Assembly: GCA_965249575.1 (NCBI GenBank) | Contig: OZ252244.1 | Location: 480,001 to 544,000 of the forward strand | Direction: 5' to 3' | Origin: Gemmatimonadales bacterium | Lineage (GTDB): Bacteria; Gemmatimonadota; Gemmatimonadetes; Gemmatimonadales; GWC2-71-9 | DNA: 64,000 bases | Shown here: one piece after another, positions 1 through 9,198 of the stretch | How the letters are laid out: each line of letters begins with the position of its first letter | Position numbering within the stretch: position 1 is the stretch's first letter | The notes under the pieces: generated by a model | Told to the model about the DNA's origin: nothing | Seen by the model: only the letters and a program-made list of their open reading frames with translations | The model's database searches: none | Translations under genes and position numbers: made by a program

Positions 1-37
1 ACAGTAACGGAACTACGACGTAAGACAGCAGACGCAT
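1..37 (-). CDS. 5' start of a probable secreted protein (runs off window)
   Basis: GAGGA RBS then ATG; reads MRLLSYVVVPLL, signal-peptide-like. Confidence 0.45.
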   Translation of the reverse strand, partial: MRLLSYVVVPLL

Positions 38-130
38 GACGGAAGTCCTCGGCCAACTCCCCTAAAGGGGGGTCGGAAACTGGGGTACTGCATGAGCGTG
101 ACCCCGGTTCACTGGGTGGTGTCTACACTC

Positions 131-1469
131 TCACGGCTTCCCAGTATCCGGGTCGAGACTGTGGACGAATCCGGTCTTGGGCTTGCTCCCCATCTTCCAC
201 TCGCCCCTAGTCGTCACGATCAGGCGGCCTCCAACGATGGCCAACTCGGCCACGGGGGAATCGAGCTTGGACTCCCACGCCTTCGTTCCGGTATTGAGGT
301 CATATCGCGCGAGCCGGTTCTCCCAATTGAGGAAAGCGTGCCGGTCCGCGATCAGTTGCAGCCGAGCCTTGCCATTCGTCTTGATGCTTGACCGCGGCTC
401 TCCGCTGGCCGCATCGAGGAGATGAAGGCGGTTGTCCGCACGGACGGCGAGCTCGCCATCCGTGATCATGATGGTGGTGTGTTGGATGCGCTTGCCCTCG
501 GCGAAGGTCCAGAGCGTGGCGCCCGTTTCCCGGTCGAGCGCAACAACGGATCGGCGACCCCACAGACCGCGCGCGCTCGACCACAGCCTCCCACGCCTGG
601 GACCCGGTGCTGCGCTCTACGCTCAGAACCTTGACGTCCCTGGCACCCCGGCGAAGGATCACGCTGCCATCGGCGTTGTCGGGGAGTGCATCTTGTCCCA
701 CAAGCACTGCGAAGTAGACGAACCCGTCGGAGACGGCTGGCGCCGTCACCTGGTTTCCGGGTACCTCGACCGTCCAGAGTCGCGCGCCCGAGGCAGCATC
801 GACCGCGTGGAGATAACTGTTCCGCGGGGTGTCTTTCCAGTGTGTGGGCCACACGGACAGGTAGATCGTCCCCCCGTCTTCGATCATGGCCGTAGGGTTC
901 CGTCGTGCATTCTTGTGCATGCCCGCAAGGGGCTCGAACGTCCACAGCTCGTCGCCGGTCATCCGATCGAGCGCATGGACCACGTGCTCACCGGCCACGA
1001 CGACGCGGTCGTTCCACGAGAGCGGCGCAATGAACGTCCCGCCCAGGGTGAAGAGTGACCATAACTCGTCCCCCGTTATGGCGTCCAAGGCGTAGAAGTT
1101 CGGCAAGCTCTCCGGGGCCTTGTGGCGCGAACCGAGGTACACGGCCCGCCCGCCCGCGATCGGCTGACGTAGCGTGACCTTCCGAACGGCCGCGCGATTC
1201 CCCGCGACCATCATCCCGGCGAGACTCGTCTCGTTCGTGGTGACGATCGGTGAGGCCTGCGCGGAATCGCCCACCTGGAAGCGCCACAGCTCTTCCCCGG
1301 TCGCCAGGTGGATTGCCACGAGTCCTCCGTCTTGGTCGCTCGCATAAAGCAGACTATCTCGAACGGCGAACGGGACGGACTTCGGCCGAATCGGGGCCTT
1401 CCAACCCTGAGCTTGTGCGATTGCGGGGACCAGAACGGCGACCGCAACGGCGAGGATGAAGACACGCAT
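131..1469 (-). CDS. PQQ-like (BamB-type) beta-propeller repeat protein, secreted; frameshift near 540
   Basis: GAAGGAGG RBS, signal peptide MRVFILAVAVAVLVPAIAQA, repeated 'ALDxxTGxxxW' motifs; repeats continue in the 131..469 frame. Confidence 0.8.
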
Positions 1470-1700
1470 GGCGGAACCTCCTTCTCCGGCGGACTCTTGG
1501 CTGCCACCTGCATCAAGGTATTTCCCGCTTCTCGGGGCGGCTAGGGACGTCCGCATATCCGCAGTGGATGGCGAATCCACTGCGCGGGCCTAAGGTATTG
1601 GGACCGAAGAGGCTGCGAAGTGGTGTGCCTCGAGTGTGCCTTCGCCTGGCCTGTTATACTCTATCAACAGTACTGGGCTCAAAGGGGCCAGGTGGATCGA

Positions 1701-2075
1701 ATGACTCGAAAAACCGGAAACAAAACTGGTAAGCAGATCACGATGACATCACCCCGCTCGGGGGCGACCGTGCCGACGGGTGCGCATCCTAAGAACACGG
1801 GCGGCAAGAAAGGCCGCTCAGGGCGCAAGCCCGATGCGTTCCGGCGCCTGCTCAAAGCGGGGTCCCTCGCCGCCGCGCGCAAAGCAAAGGCGTACCTGGA
1901 GACCGCCGACATCGAAGATCCCCGCTACGCCTGGGCCGCCGAGTACGCCGCGAAGTTCACGCGCAGTGAAGTGCCGAAAACCACCAAACACGCCGGTACA
2001 CTCACCCTCCACGCGGTGCGCGAACTCCCGCCGGAGGCGTACCCGCCCCTGCCGCCGGGCGACGAGCCTGGGTAA
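1701..2075 (+). CDS. phage/satellite terminase small subunit-like or HGGxSTG-like basic protein
   Basis: Basic Gly-rich 'TGAHPKNTGGKKGRSGRKP' N-terminus, helical middle and beta-strand-like tail; mobile context. Confidence 0.45.
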   Translation: MTRKTGNKTGKQITMTSPRSGATVPTGAHPKNTGGKKGRSGRKPDAFRRLLKAGSLAAARKAKAYLETADIEDPRYAWAAEYAAKFTRSEVPKTTKHAGTLTLHAVRELPPEAYPPLPPGDEPG

Positions 2076-2244
2076 CGGGGTGCCGAAACACACGAAGGTG
2101 AGCGGCGGGTTGAACGTCCACGCGGTGCTCCGGTGCCGCTTCACCGGCCTTCGGGTCTGCCGGTATCCACCCCGAGGTCTACCGCAACGGTCCAACCCAA
2201 CGACTTCCTTTAGACCGAGCGCGCTCGGCACCCCCATTTGCGTG

Positions 2245-2577
2245 TCAGACGGATTCCCGGCTATCAAAAACCAGACAGATCTCGTTTATCCGCTGATCGC
2301 TGAATCTGAACAGCTGGGCCACCGTGAGTGTCGTATCCCGCTTCTCATACTCATAAAACACGGCAACGGTGTCGCCGTCGTCCGTAACGCTCAACACGCG
2401 AACGCCACACGGTTCCGGCGGGTCTTTTCGCAGCGCCTCAAGGTAGGCGGCTCTCGACTTGACTTGGAGATAGGGTCCCGCTAACTGAAGATCTTCCGCG
2501 AGTAGCAGTTCGAGTCCATCGACGTCTCCGGCAGCGAAGCGCCGCACGAACTCAACAGCCTGTTCACGATGGCTCAT
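2245..2577 (-). CDS. SnoaL/NTF2-like domain protein
   Basis: 'FVRRFAAGDVDGLELLLAED...GP' and 'DGDTVAVFY...FRFSDQRI' pattern. Confidence 0.8.
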   Translation of the reverse strand: MSHREQAVEFVRRFAAGDVDGLELLLAEDLQLAGPYLQVKSRAAYLEALRKDPPEPCGVRVLSVTDDGDTVAVFYEYEKRDTTLTVAQLFRFSDQRINEICLVFDSRESV

Positions 2578-2647
2578 AAGCTAATGGAAGACGGCTCATC
2601 CCCACGTTGCGCCACCTCGGGTCTGCCGGTCTCCACCCCGAGGTCAG

Positions 2648-2929
2648 CTATTGCTCAGGAGGGGCGACGTCAGAGGTTCGGGCGAGAAGCCGCTCCGTGA
2701 AATCCAGGCGCTCATGGACCTCTACAAGCTCTCCCCGTACGGTCTCGAGTTCACTTCGCGTGGCGTCAAGTTCAGACCGAACTTCCGCGATCGTCGTATG
2801 TAGTTGGTCGAGATCCCCATGGCTTCGATGCAAGTCCAGACGGAGTCGGCCGCGTGCCATCATCCAGGCGAAACACACGGCGGCACCAGCCACCAGGATG
2901 AAGGGCAAGAAAGAGAACGACATATGCAT
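2648..2929 (-). CDS. small membrane-anchored coiled-coil protein
   Basis: N-terminal TM segment, coiled coil ending 'ERLDFTERLL'. Confidence 0.7.
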   Translation of the reverse strand: MHMSFSFLPFILVAGAAVCFAWMMARGRLRLDLHRSHGDLDQLHTTIAEVRSELDATRSELETVRGELVEVHERLDFTERLLARTSDVAPPEQ

Positions 2930-3111
2930 GGGCTGGCGCCTCCCCCCGCAACCTGCGGTAAAGTTTGAGCCGCTCCAAACGTGCGGTCCGTGGCAGGAGT
3001 CCGCTAGGGGCGACGCAACGCCCCTGGCACGCCGTTAACGCGCGATCAGGCTGGCAGCAGGGCGGAGGGCCCGCGCGGGGGCACTAAGCGTGTAGAAGGG
3101 ATTTAAGCGGC

Positions 3112-3381
3112 TTAAGGTTCGTCGGGACAGAGCCCCATGTTCAACAAGATCTTTGTTGCCTTCATGACATAGAGCTGGTCAATCAGTCGGCGCCCGTGCT
3201 CTCGCAGAACGACGCGCGTCCCGCTCGGATGCTCCCAGACCCGGCGACGTCCCCGCCCCGGCGTTTCGACGAACCCTGCCCTCGTCAGCCACCGCGCGAC
3301 CCGCTTGTACTGATAGTTCCCTGGCCGCCACTTCGCGGCCTCCCGAATCTCGGCACAGTCGGCGACGGAGAGACCCGTCAC
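3112..3381 (-). CDS. HicA-like (dsRBD-fold) toxin homolog
   Basis: 'RWLTRAGFVETPGRGRRRVWEHPSGTRVVLREHG' matches the HicA pattern, but the G-S-H motif reads G-R-R; GTGA overlap with the upstream gene. Confidence 0.6.
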   Translation of the reverse strand: MTGLSVADCAEIREAAKWRPGNYQYKRVARWLTRAGFVETPGRGRRRVWEHPSGTRVVLREHGRRLIDQLYVMKATKILLNMGLCPDEP

Positions 3382-3620
3382 CTGAGTTCATACCTCTGCT
3401 TGAACTCGGCCACTATCTCCTCAACCAGTGCCTCACATCTCGCACTGGGTTTCTCACCTTGTATCTGTATCACGCGGACGTCCCAATTGCAGTCGCCTTG
3501 CGTTGGCGCAATCCGCTTCGGCGGTGCGAAGGATGCGTCACAGCTCGGGTCTCTGTGTATGAGTTCGGCGTTCAGCAGTCCGTGCAGCCTGGCACCGGAA
3601 ACACGTGCGCGCTTAGCCAT
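3378..3620 (-). CDS. small hypothetical protein translationally coupled to the HicA-like gene
   Basis: 80-aa ORF with three Cys ('CDA', 'CNW', 'RCE'), ending 'QRYELR'; its stop overlaps the next start. Confidence 0.6.
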   Translation of the reverse strand: MAKRARVSGARLHGLLNAELIHRDPSCDASFAPPKRIAPTQGDCNWDVRVIQIQGEKPSARCEALVEEIVAEFKQRYELR

Positions 3621-3783
3621 CCCGGTACCCGCCGATTCCACACGAACCCCTCACCGCCATCTTACGGTCGTGTTTCACTTCGGGGGCGAGGTAGACCGTC
3701 GCCATGCCGCCAGCACCGAGTTCCCGCTCAATGCGGTAGCGGTCGGCCAGTGCGGTTTTCAGGCGCTCGAGCAGATCGGCCAT
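3613..3783 (-). pseudogene. Ser/Thr kinase 5' stub
   Basis: Translates [45 protein letters not shown], then diverges and stops. Confidence 0.85.
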
Positions 3784-3807
3784 GCGCGATCCGGTGTACC
3801 GAGATCG

Positions 3808-4047
3808 CTAAGGTAGAACCTGGGGAGGGCGACAGCCAGAGAGCAGGCTGGTCCACGTCGGCGAGCCCTTGGCATGGAGTATCGCCACCCGCTGGTGGGG
3901 CGGGAGTGAGTCGTCAGCAAAGTAGACGTGGACCTGCTCGGCTGGGACCGGCGACCAAAGGTTGGCCTCGGGAAGAAGCATCTTTTTGACGGTGACGCAC
4001 GCAACCACAACTGCACCGCTGAGTGCGAGCGCGACCAAACGATTCAT
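3808..4047 (-). CDS. lipoprotein, probably 3'-truncated
   Basis: MNRLVALALSGAVVVAC lipobox; short. Confidence 0.5.
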   Translation of the reverse strand: MNRLVALALSGAVVVACVTVKKMLLPEANLWSPVPAEQVHVYFADDSLPPHQRVAILHAKGSPTWTSLLSGCRPPQVLP

Positions 4048-4100
4048 TACGAGTTGTCTCCCATCGAGCGTTTCATCAATCCATACGTGGCTTATGAGCT

Positions 4101-4574
4101 TCAGCAACTAAAAAAAGGACCGTCGTTATCGATGCGCGAACACTCGACAACAAGCACGATGAGTCCGACCAGGGCCGCAGCTCCCACTACTATCCCGGTG
4201 ACCAACTTCCTCGTCTTGTCGGCGCTGACATGTCTTCCATCCACCGACACTGAGGTCACGTCGGCGAAGGCAACGGTGTACGGGGAGCCGTCCACGCGAC
4301 CGTAGATCGAGTCGTTGTGAGCCGAGGGCGGAACTACTCGATATCCCAGATCGTTCGTCGCTTCTACTTGACGCCCCGCGAAGCGTTCGTCGAAGCGCAC
4401 CACCTCACCCTCTTGCGTCGTCACGCTCACGATCCTCGCCCGAGGAAACGTCGCGCCAACCAACGGGCGCACCTCCTCGATTTTCCCAGTAGTGCACGCC
4501 GCCGTCTGGATCGTGAGCGTCACCAGCACCACAACGGACACGCAGCGTCGGACCACTGACTGGCGGTGTACCAT
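4101..4574 (-). CDS. putative lipoprotein with C-terminal TM segment
   Basis: 'VVVLVTLTIQTAAC' signal, C-terminal hydrophobic helix; TGATG coupling to the upstream gene. Confidence 0.6.
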   Translation of the reverse strand: MVHRQSVVRRCVSVVVLVTLTIQTAACTTGKIEEVRPLVGATFPRARIVSVTTQEGEVVRFDERFAGRQVEATNDLGYRVVPPSAHNDSIYGRVDGSPYTVAFADVTSVSVDGRHVSADKTRKLVTGIVVGAAALVGLIVLVVECSRIDNDGPFFSC

Positions 4575-5347
4575 CAGAACCTCACCGACGCGCCGAGGGC
4601 AAAGTGGCCGTCGCGTTGCGGACTGACGCTGACGCGGAAGCGGTCGAGAGTGGCTTCCTCCCAGCGATCGGTTCTGATAAGTGCGCCCGATACCAGACCA
4701 ACAAGGGCACCTGCGCCCCCAAGGAAAACGCCTCCGATAACCGCCTTTTCCTCCGCCGTGAAGTCGAAACAAACAAGACAACCCCTTGAGGGACGGTCGT
4801 CCCCCGATACCAATCCGAAGCCCGCACCGACGACCGCACCGACGGCCGCACCGATCAGAGCTCCGCGGCCTGCTTGTGAGCGGCGCCCCCGGAAGATCTC
4901 GAATCGGGTGACCAGTGCTACTGGCACTCGCCTCCCACCCACAACAAGCGTATCGCCTGTGAACCTGGTCAAGGTCCCCGCGTGCCTCTGAAGTCTCACG
5001 CTTGGGGCGGTGACTCGCACCCGTCTACCAATAGTGAACTCGTCAGTGAACTCGTTGAGCTCGGCCCTCGACACCCACCTGGAACCGTTCCATTGCTTGA
5101 CTTCTGAGATCCACACCAGGGGGATGCGCACCGGATCAGCTTGGTGCGCAGCGTTCAAGACGAGCGTGTCTGGGTCAATCGCAACGACCGTCCCCTCGAC
5201 TTCGCGGACAGTGCCCCACGCGAAAAGAGTTGGGGCGTCGAGTATTGCCTGCACCCGTGCACCGGGCACGAGGCCCGCTGCTTGGGCAGCAGTTGTCCGG
5301 GCTGGAAAAACGGAGAGCATGACGAGAACCATTATGAAGCGACGCAT
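4574..5347 (-). CDS. secreted/membrane hypothetical protein (two SH3/Sm-like repeats plus glycine-zipper TMs)
   Basis: Signal peptide, two 'G.RV...GT....DTLV' units, 'GALIGAAVGAVVG' zipper, C-terminal 'SVRF'. Confidence 0.7.
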   Translation of the reverse strand: MRRFIMVLVMLSVFPARTTAAQAAGLVPGARVQAILDAPTLFAWGTVREVEGTVVAIDPDTLVLNAAHQADPVRIPLVWISEVKQWNGSRWVSRAELNEFTDEFTIGRRVRVTAPSVRLQRHAGTLTRFTGDTLVVGGRRVPVALVTRFEIFRGRRSQAGRGALIGAAVGAVVGAGFGLVSGDDRPSRGCLVCFDFTAEEKAVIGGVFLGGAGALVGLVSGALIRTDRWEEATLDRFRVSVSPQRDGHFALGASVRF

Positions 5348-5349
5348 GG

Positions 5350-5802
5350 GTCAAGACCGCCTCAAGCGTGCGCGACGTTCCCATTTCCGAGCCGCTGGCC
5401 GAGATTCTCGGGCAACAGGCTGCCCGGCTCCCATCGAACCCAGTAGACCCTGTCTTCCCCGCTCCGCAGAACAACTACGAGTCCGCTCGCGGTGCGTGGC
5501 GGCGAGCCTGCCTCAATGCCGGGCTGCACGATCGTAGTGTTAGGCCCAAGCCCACGGCGACGCTTCACGACCTCCGCCACACATTCGGGGTCTACGCCGC
5601 ACAGGCAGGCGTCCCGATTGTGCGACTCCAGCGACTCCTCGGACACGCCACTCCACACATGACGCTTCGGTATATGAAGCACGCACCCGAGGCATACTTC
5701 CGTGAGGACGCGGCGAGCATCGCCAAGGCCCTAGTCGGCAACTGCGATGCCGAGCGGCAGGCCCGGACCGACATGGCGCGGAAGGCCCTCAAACAGGCAT
5801 AA
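5350..5802 (+). pseudogene. tyrosine recombinase/integrase, C-terminal catalytic fragment
   Basis: KTASSVRDVP, HDLRHTF, LLGH and TLRY motifs; N-terminal half absent. Confidence 0.9.
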
Positions 5803-5899
5803 AGTGCCTACGTTTTTGCCTTCGCGTGCTCCAAGCGGCCCTCGACTGGAGGCCGAGGTGGTTGGGCAACCTCTTGTGGGTGGTTAGGTTAGTGCTCCG

Positions 5900-5983
5900 G
5901 GAGGGCTAGACCTAATTGGTAAGGCAGCGGTCTTGAAAACCGCCGGGCGCAAGCCCATCGGGGTTCGACTCCCCGGCCCTCCG
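5900..5983 (+). tRNA. tRNA-Ser(TGA)
   Basis: GGAGGGC/GCCCTCC acceptor stem, CTTGAAA anticodon loop, long variable arm, GGTTCGACTCC; CCA not encoded. Confidence 0.93.
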
Positions 5984-6154
5984 TTCCCTACAAGCCGAAG
6001 ACCGAAATGCACTTGGCGCTTTGTCCGCTCGCCGCCACCGAACTGGCCACGCACTTGTGGTGACCATATTGGTGACGGTTTCACGGTACGAAATGGGCAG
6101 CGTGAGTGCAATGCTCAGCGCAGTACGGGAGATCCTTCAGGACAAGGGAGCCCG

Positions 6155-6628
6155 ATGGCCTACAACCGGCCGCGCAGGGACAAGCGTGAGCGAGGTGCAC
6201 CGCACCTGCTCTATGAGTGCAGGATGTTCTTTAGTAGCTGGGAGCTATCGCTTACAACTGCCGGAAAGCCGGAACTCTGGAACGCGCTACTCGAAGCCTC
6301 TTTGATCCACACGAGAAACCTGATGTTGGCCCTTCGAGAGCGTCGTCACAGGCGCTACCCTGACGTTCTCTTCCGCGACTATCTCGCAGTGCGCGATTGG
6401 TCTCGCCTGAAGTCTGAGCTTATTCCGGACGCAGAGACTGAAGTGCTCATCGAAGACATCGGACGCTTTGTTGCCCATGTGAGCTATGGTCGCACCCGGT
6501 TACGGTCCAGAGCACGCTGGGGAATGCGACACACGGGGTGGGTCGTGCCGAGGCTTCGGCTCTGGTACAACGCGCTCACGGATTCGGAGCGGTCGTGGTT
6601 TGCTCCGCTGGGAGGGCTGCTTCCGTAG
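6155..6628 (+). CDS. HEPN-like (AbiU2-like) helical hypothetical protein
   Basis: AGGGAG RBS; 'HLLYECRMF', 'NALLEASLIHTRNL', 'RFVAHVSYGR' pattern. Confidence 0.55.
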   Translation: MAYNRPRRDKRERGAPHLLYECRMFFSSWELSLTTAGKPELWNALLEASLIHTRNLMLALRERRHRRYPDVLFRDYLAVRDWSRLKSELIPDAETEVLIEDIGRFVAHVSYGRTRLRSRARWGMRHTGWVVPRLRLWYNALTDSERSWFAPLGGLLP

Positions 6629-6805
6629 GCCAGTACCATCGCGGAGACACGCCGACCCGCGCTTCCTAGAGGGTACTCACAAGCCCCAACCATCGCCGCC
6701 ACTCTCCCCTACGGCGATTTCCTGGCGCAGACGAGCCAGCCACTACTCACCCGAAGTGGCCATACACGTTGAGTCATATCCGGCAGTAGGAGGCAGCGAC
6801 GTGGA

Positions 6806-7012
6806 GACCAAGTGACCGAGTGGACCGAGTGTTGGAGAGGGGTAGGGGCAGGACCTTCTGAACCTGAGCGCGTTCCTCTGTCCCACCAATCAACTAACCA
6901 TCTCTTACTTACTTGGTCACTTGGTCATAGGTGTAGATAGGTCTTTATAGAGCGGTGACTTAGCGCTGACCGAGTTGGCTTCCGGCACTCGGGTCGTGTT
7001 GGTCATTCGGTC
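6806..7012. repeat. iteron-like block, copy 1
   Basis: GACC(G/A)AG repeated three times, inverted CTTGGTC/TCGGTC copies, TTACTTACTT spacer. Confidence 0.8.
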
Positions 7013-7086
7013 GGAGGATATGTAGTGGTTCAGCCTGAAGCGGAGTCGCCCGTAGGTTACATAAGGACGCTCCCAGCGAATGTTTC

Positions 7087-8754
7087 TTACAGGAGCCGAC
7101 GTCGTTGTTCTCCATCCCTTACGCACGGACGACAGTACCTAGGACTCGATGGAAGACCGGGCATATCTCCAAAACGAGCCTCAGCGCTGATCTCAGCTGA
7201 GCGAATCGCTGGGTTGAGAAACGACCACGCCGTTTGAGACCCGGGCTCAAGCCGGATGCCCAGCACCCCGACTTTGTAAAACACCTGGACCAGGCGGCGG
7301 CGCACCTCCTCAATCGACGCCTGGTTATCAAAGAACTGGCGAATCAGGTGCCTTAATCGCCCATGTTTCTCAGCCTCTCCACGGGCAATTAACTCCTCCA
7401 TGAACCTCGCGACATCTGTCAGGGGAAGATTTCTAAGCGGGAAGGTAGGCGGTCGGCGCTTCAGGAGATTTACAGCGGAGAGGAGACTCGGATAGTCTGA
7501 TACCCACTCGTCGCCGAGCGACCTGAGTCGCATGGCTGAGTAGTCGGCTTCAGCTGATCGTAGAAGACCGGCGGTGATCTGGGCACGATCCTCTGCTTTG
7601 CTCAAGCAACAGTTTGCAAACTGAATTATGTCACGTGGCCTCCGCATTGTGCGTATGATCAGGTATTCACCTGTCTCAACGCTTCCTACCTTCGGGGGAA
7701 AGACATCGGACCATCCCACCGAGCGCTGCGTGTATCTATGTTCGACTAACCGTGCAATCCGACGGTTCAATACCTCCAGGAGCTGTTGCTTTGACCACTC
7801 GATTGGAAGCATCAATGGCTGATACTTTTCCTCCTGAAAACCACTGTCCCTCGTCTCGCGAAATACCCTTTCCAACAAATCCTGCCGCAGTGCAATCACT
7901 ACCTTCGCGTTGCGTATTCTCCTGAGATCCCGAATCGTCTCCACTAGAGCCCGAATCAACCTGTAGCGCAGCTCATCTTCAACCCAGTGCTCATCCAGGC
8001 GGTCAACTAGGACGTAGAAGTGCTCCAGTACATCATCAAATACGTCGTCCGCGAGGGCGTCGATGATCTCCGATAGGCGACGAATCTGTACCTTATTCAC
8101 TACGTCTTGAGCCCGATGAACGATCTCCTTCCGATCCTCGGTAGAACAGCGTCCCAGCTCCTCAGCGGATAAGGAGAAGATGCTGGCTTTGGCTCCCAGT
8201 GGCCGCTTAACGTCGTTCTCAAATTTCTCGGTCACCTCATGAATCCGGAACTCCGTGTCCTGCCAGAAATGCTCGCCCCACTCGATTAGGTAGTCGAGCG
8301 CGACCCCTTTTCTCTTGTCGCCAATGAACTTCTCCGTGATTCGTGCTATGAAGTTCTTCTGGTCTCCCTCACTGCGGAGGTGGTACTTGAGCTTCACCAA
8401 CTCAACAGCGAATATGTGTCGCCAGAGCAGGCGATAGAAGATGTCCAAGTCGACGCCAAGCTCGGCCAATCGACGCAAAATGGGCGAGTTGGATAGGTAC
8501 TGCAGCGCGAGGCGGTCTGGGTCGAGAAGGGTGACATGGTCCTGTTGTTGTTTGAGAAGGAGCAGAAGTGCCGTCTTGCCCATCCCCGTTCGGCCAACGA
8601 CAATGCAACAGGTACTATTGGTATCACAAAGTGCCTTGAGGTCACCGTTGTCGACAAAACAGTCGAACAGGTAGCCCTCGTCGTCCTCCGCTGCCTCGGC
8701 ACCAAGACGGTCAGCCTTACGGAACTGGAACGCACTCTTATCTAGCTTCGCCAC
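7087..8754 (-). CDS. P-loop ATPase, Sll1717/FunZ-like; probable +1 frameshift near 7172 (natural end about 7119)
   Basis: 'GAEAAEDD' N-terminal motif, Walker A GRTGMGKT, Walker B VLVDRLDE, RPRDIIQF; family-like tail 'ICPVFHRVL' lies in the adjacent frame; start could also be ATG 8850. Confidence 0.8.
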   Translation of the reverse strand: MAKLDKSAFQFRKADRLGAEAAEDDEGYLFDCFVDNGDLKALCDTNSTCCIVVGRTGMGKTALLLLLKQQQDHVTLLDPDRLALQYLSNSPILRRLAELGVDLDIFYRLLWRHIFAVELVKLKYHLRSEGDQKNFIARITEKFIGDKRKGVALDYLIEWGEHFWQDTEFRIHEVTEKFENDVKRPLGAKASIFSLSAEELGRCSTEDRKEIVHRAQDVVNKVQIRRLSEIIDALADDVFDDVLEHFYVLVDRLDEHWVEDELRYRLIRALVETIRDLRRIRNAKVVIALRQDLLERVFRETRDSGFQEEKYQPLMLPIEWSKQQLLEVLNRRIARLVEHRYTQRSVGWSDVFPPKVGSVETGEYLIIRTMRRPRDIIQFANCCLSKAEDRAQITAGLLRSAEADYSAMRLRSLGDEWVSDYPSLLSAVNLLKRRPPTFPLRNLPLTDVARFMEELIARGEAEKHGRLRHLIRQFFDNQASIEEVRRRLVQVFYKVGVLGIRLEPGSQTAWSFLNPAIRSAEISAEARFGDMPGLPSSPRYCRPCVRDGEQRRRLL

Positions 8755-9006
8755 TTCGCCCTGAAACCACCGCTGAAGTTCGTCAAGCCGCTGAAGAACC
8801 GTGTCCTGCGTTTCCTGTGCATCGTCTCCCCACTTCCAGGTGGCTCTCATGATGGCACTCGTCAATGTCCTCCGATAGGGCGCTCTTGGGACACCGAGCG
8901 ACACCCTTGGGACATTGGACGCTCGCAAAGCCCATTCTTCCCCTTTTTGCTCGCGAAGGGCGATATGTTGCGAGCAAGACCGAATAGTCAAGTCGCGAGG
9001 TTCGAT

Positions 9007-9198
9007 GACCAAGTGACCGAGTTGACCGAGTCGCGGCGGGTCTAGACCGCTGGTAAGGCGCCACGCGCGACCCACCGCACTGCTACTACTTACTTAACTC
9101 GGTCATCTTGGTCATGGGAAGCCCAACGGTCGTCGCGTAAACGACTTAGGGCGCGACCAAGCGGCCACGCCCTCTCGGTCGCAATCGGTCACTCGGTC
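9007..9198. repeat. iteron-like block, copy 2 (putative ori at the 3' end of the Rep gene)
   Basis: First 25 nt are 24/25 identical to 6806-6830; same order of sub-elements. Confidence 0.8.

Noticed and set aside
2225..4105. Possible integron attC remnants (GTCTGAC at the SnoaL stop; GGCTCATCCCCACGTTGCGC at ~2592-2611; AGCTCATAAGCCACGTATGG near 4081-4100; also GTTCGAC before the DUF1330 RBS)
   Set aside because: Only degenerate half-sites in inconsistent orientations, no complete paired attC, and the integrase fragment lacks the IntI-specific insertion.
5900..5983. tRNA-Sec or suppressor tRNA
   Set aside because: The anticodon is TGA (reads UCA, Ser), not TCA, and the acceptor stem is a normal 7 bp.
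6093..6157. HARE-HTH-like N-terminal fragment (MLSAVREILQDKGA)
   Set aside because: Too short to support a call.
6806..9198. CRISPR array
   Set aside because: Repeats are 7-9 bp in both orientations without regular unique spacers; no cas genes.
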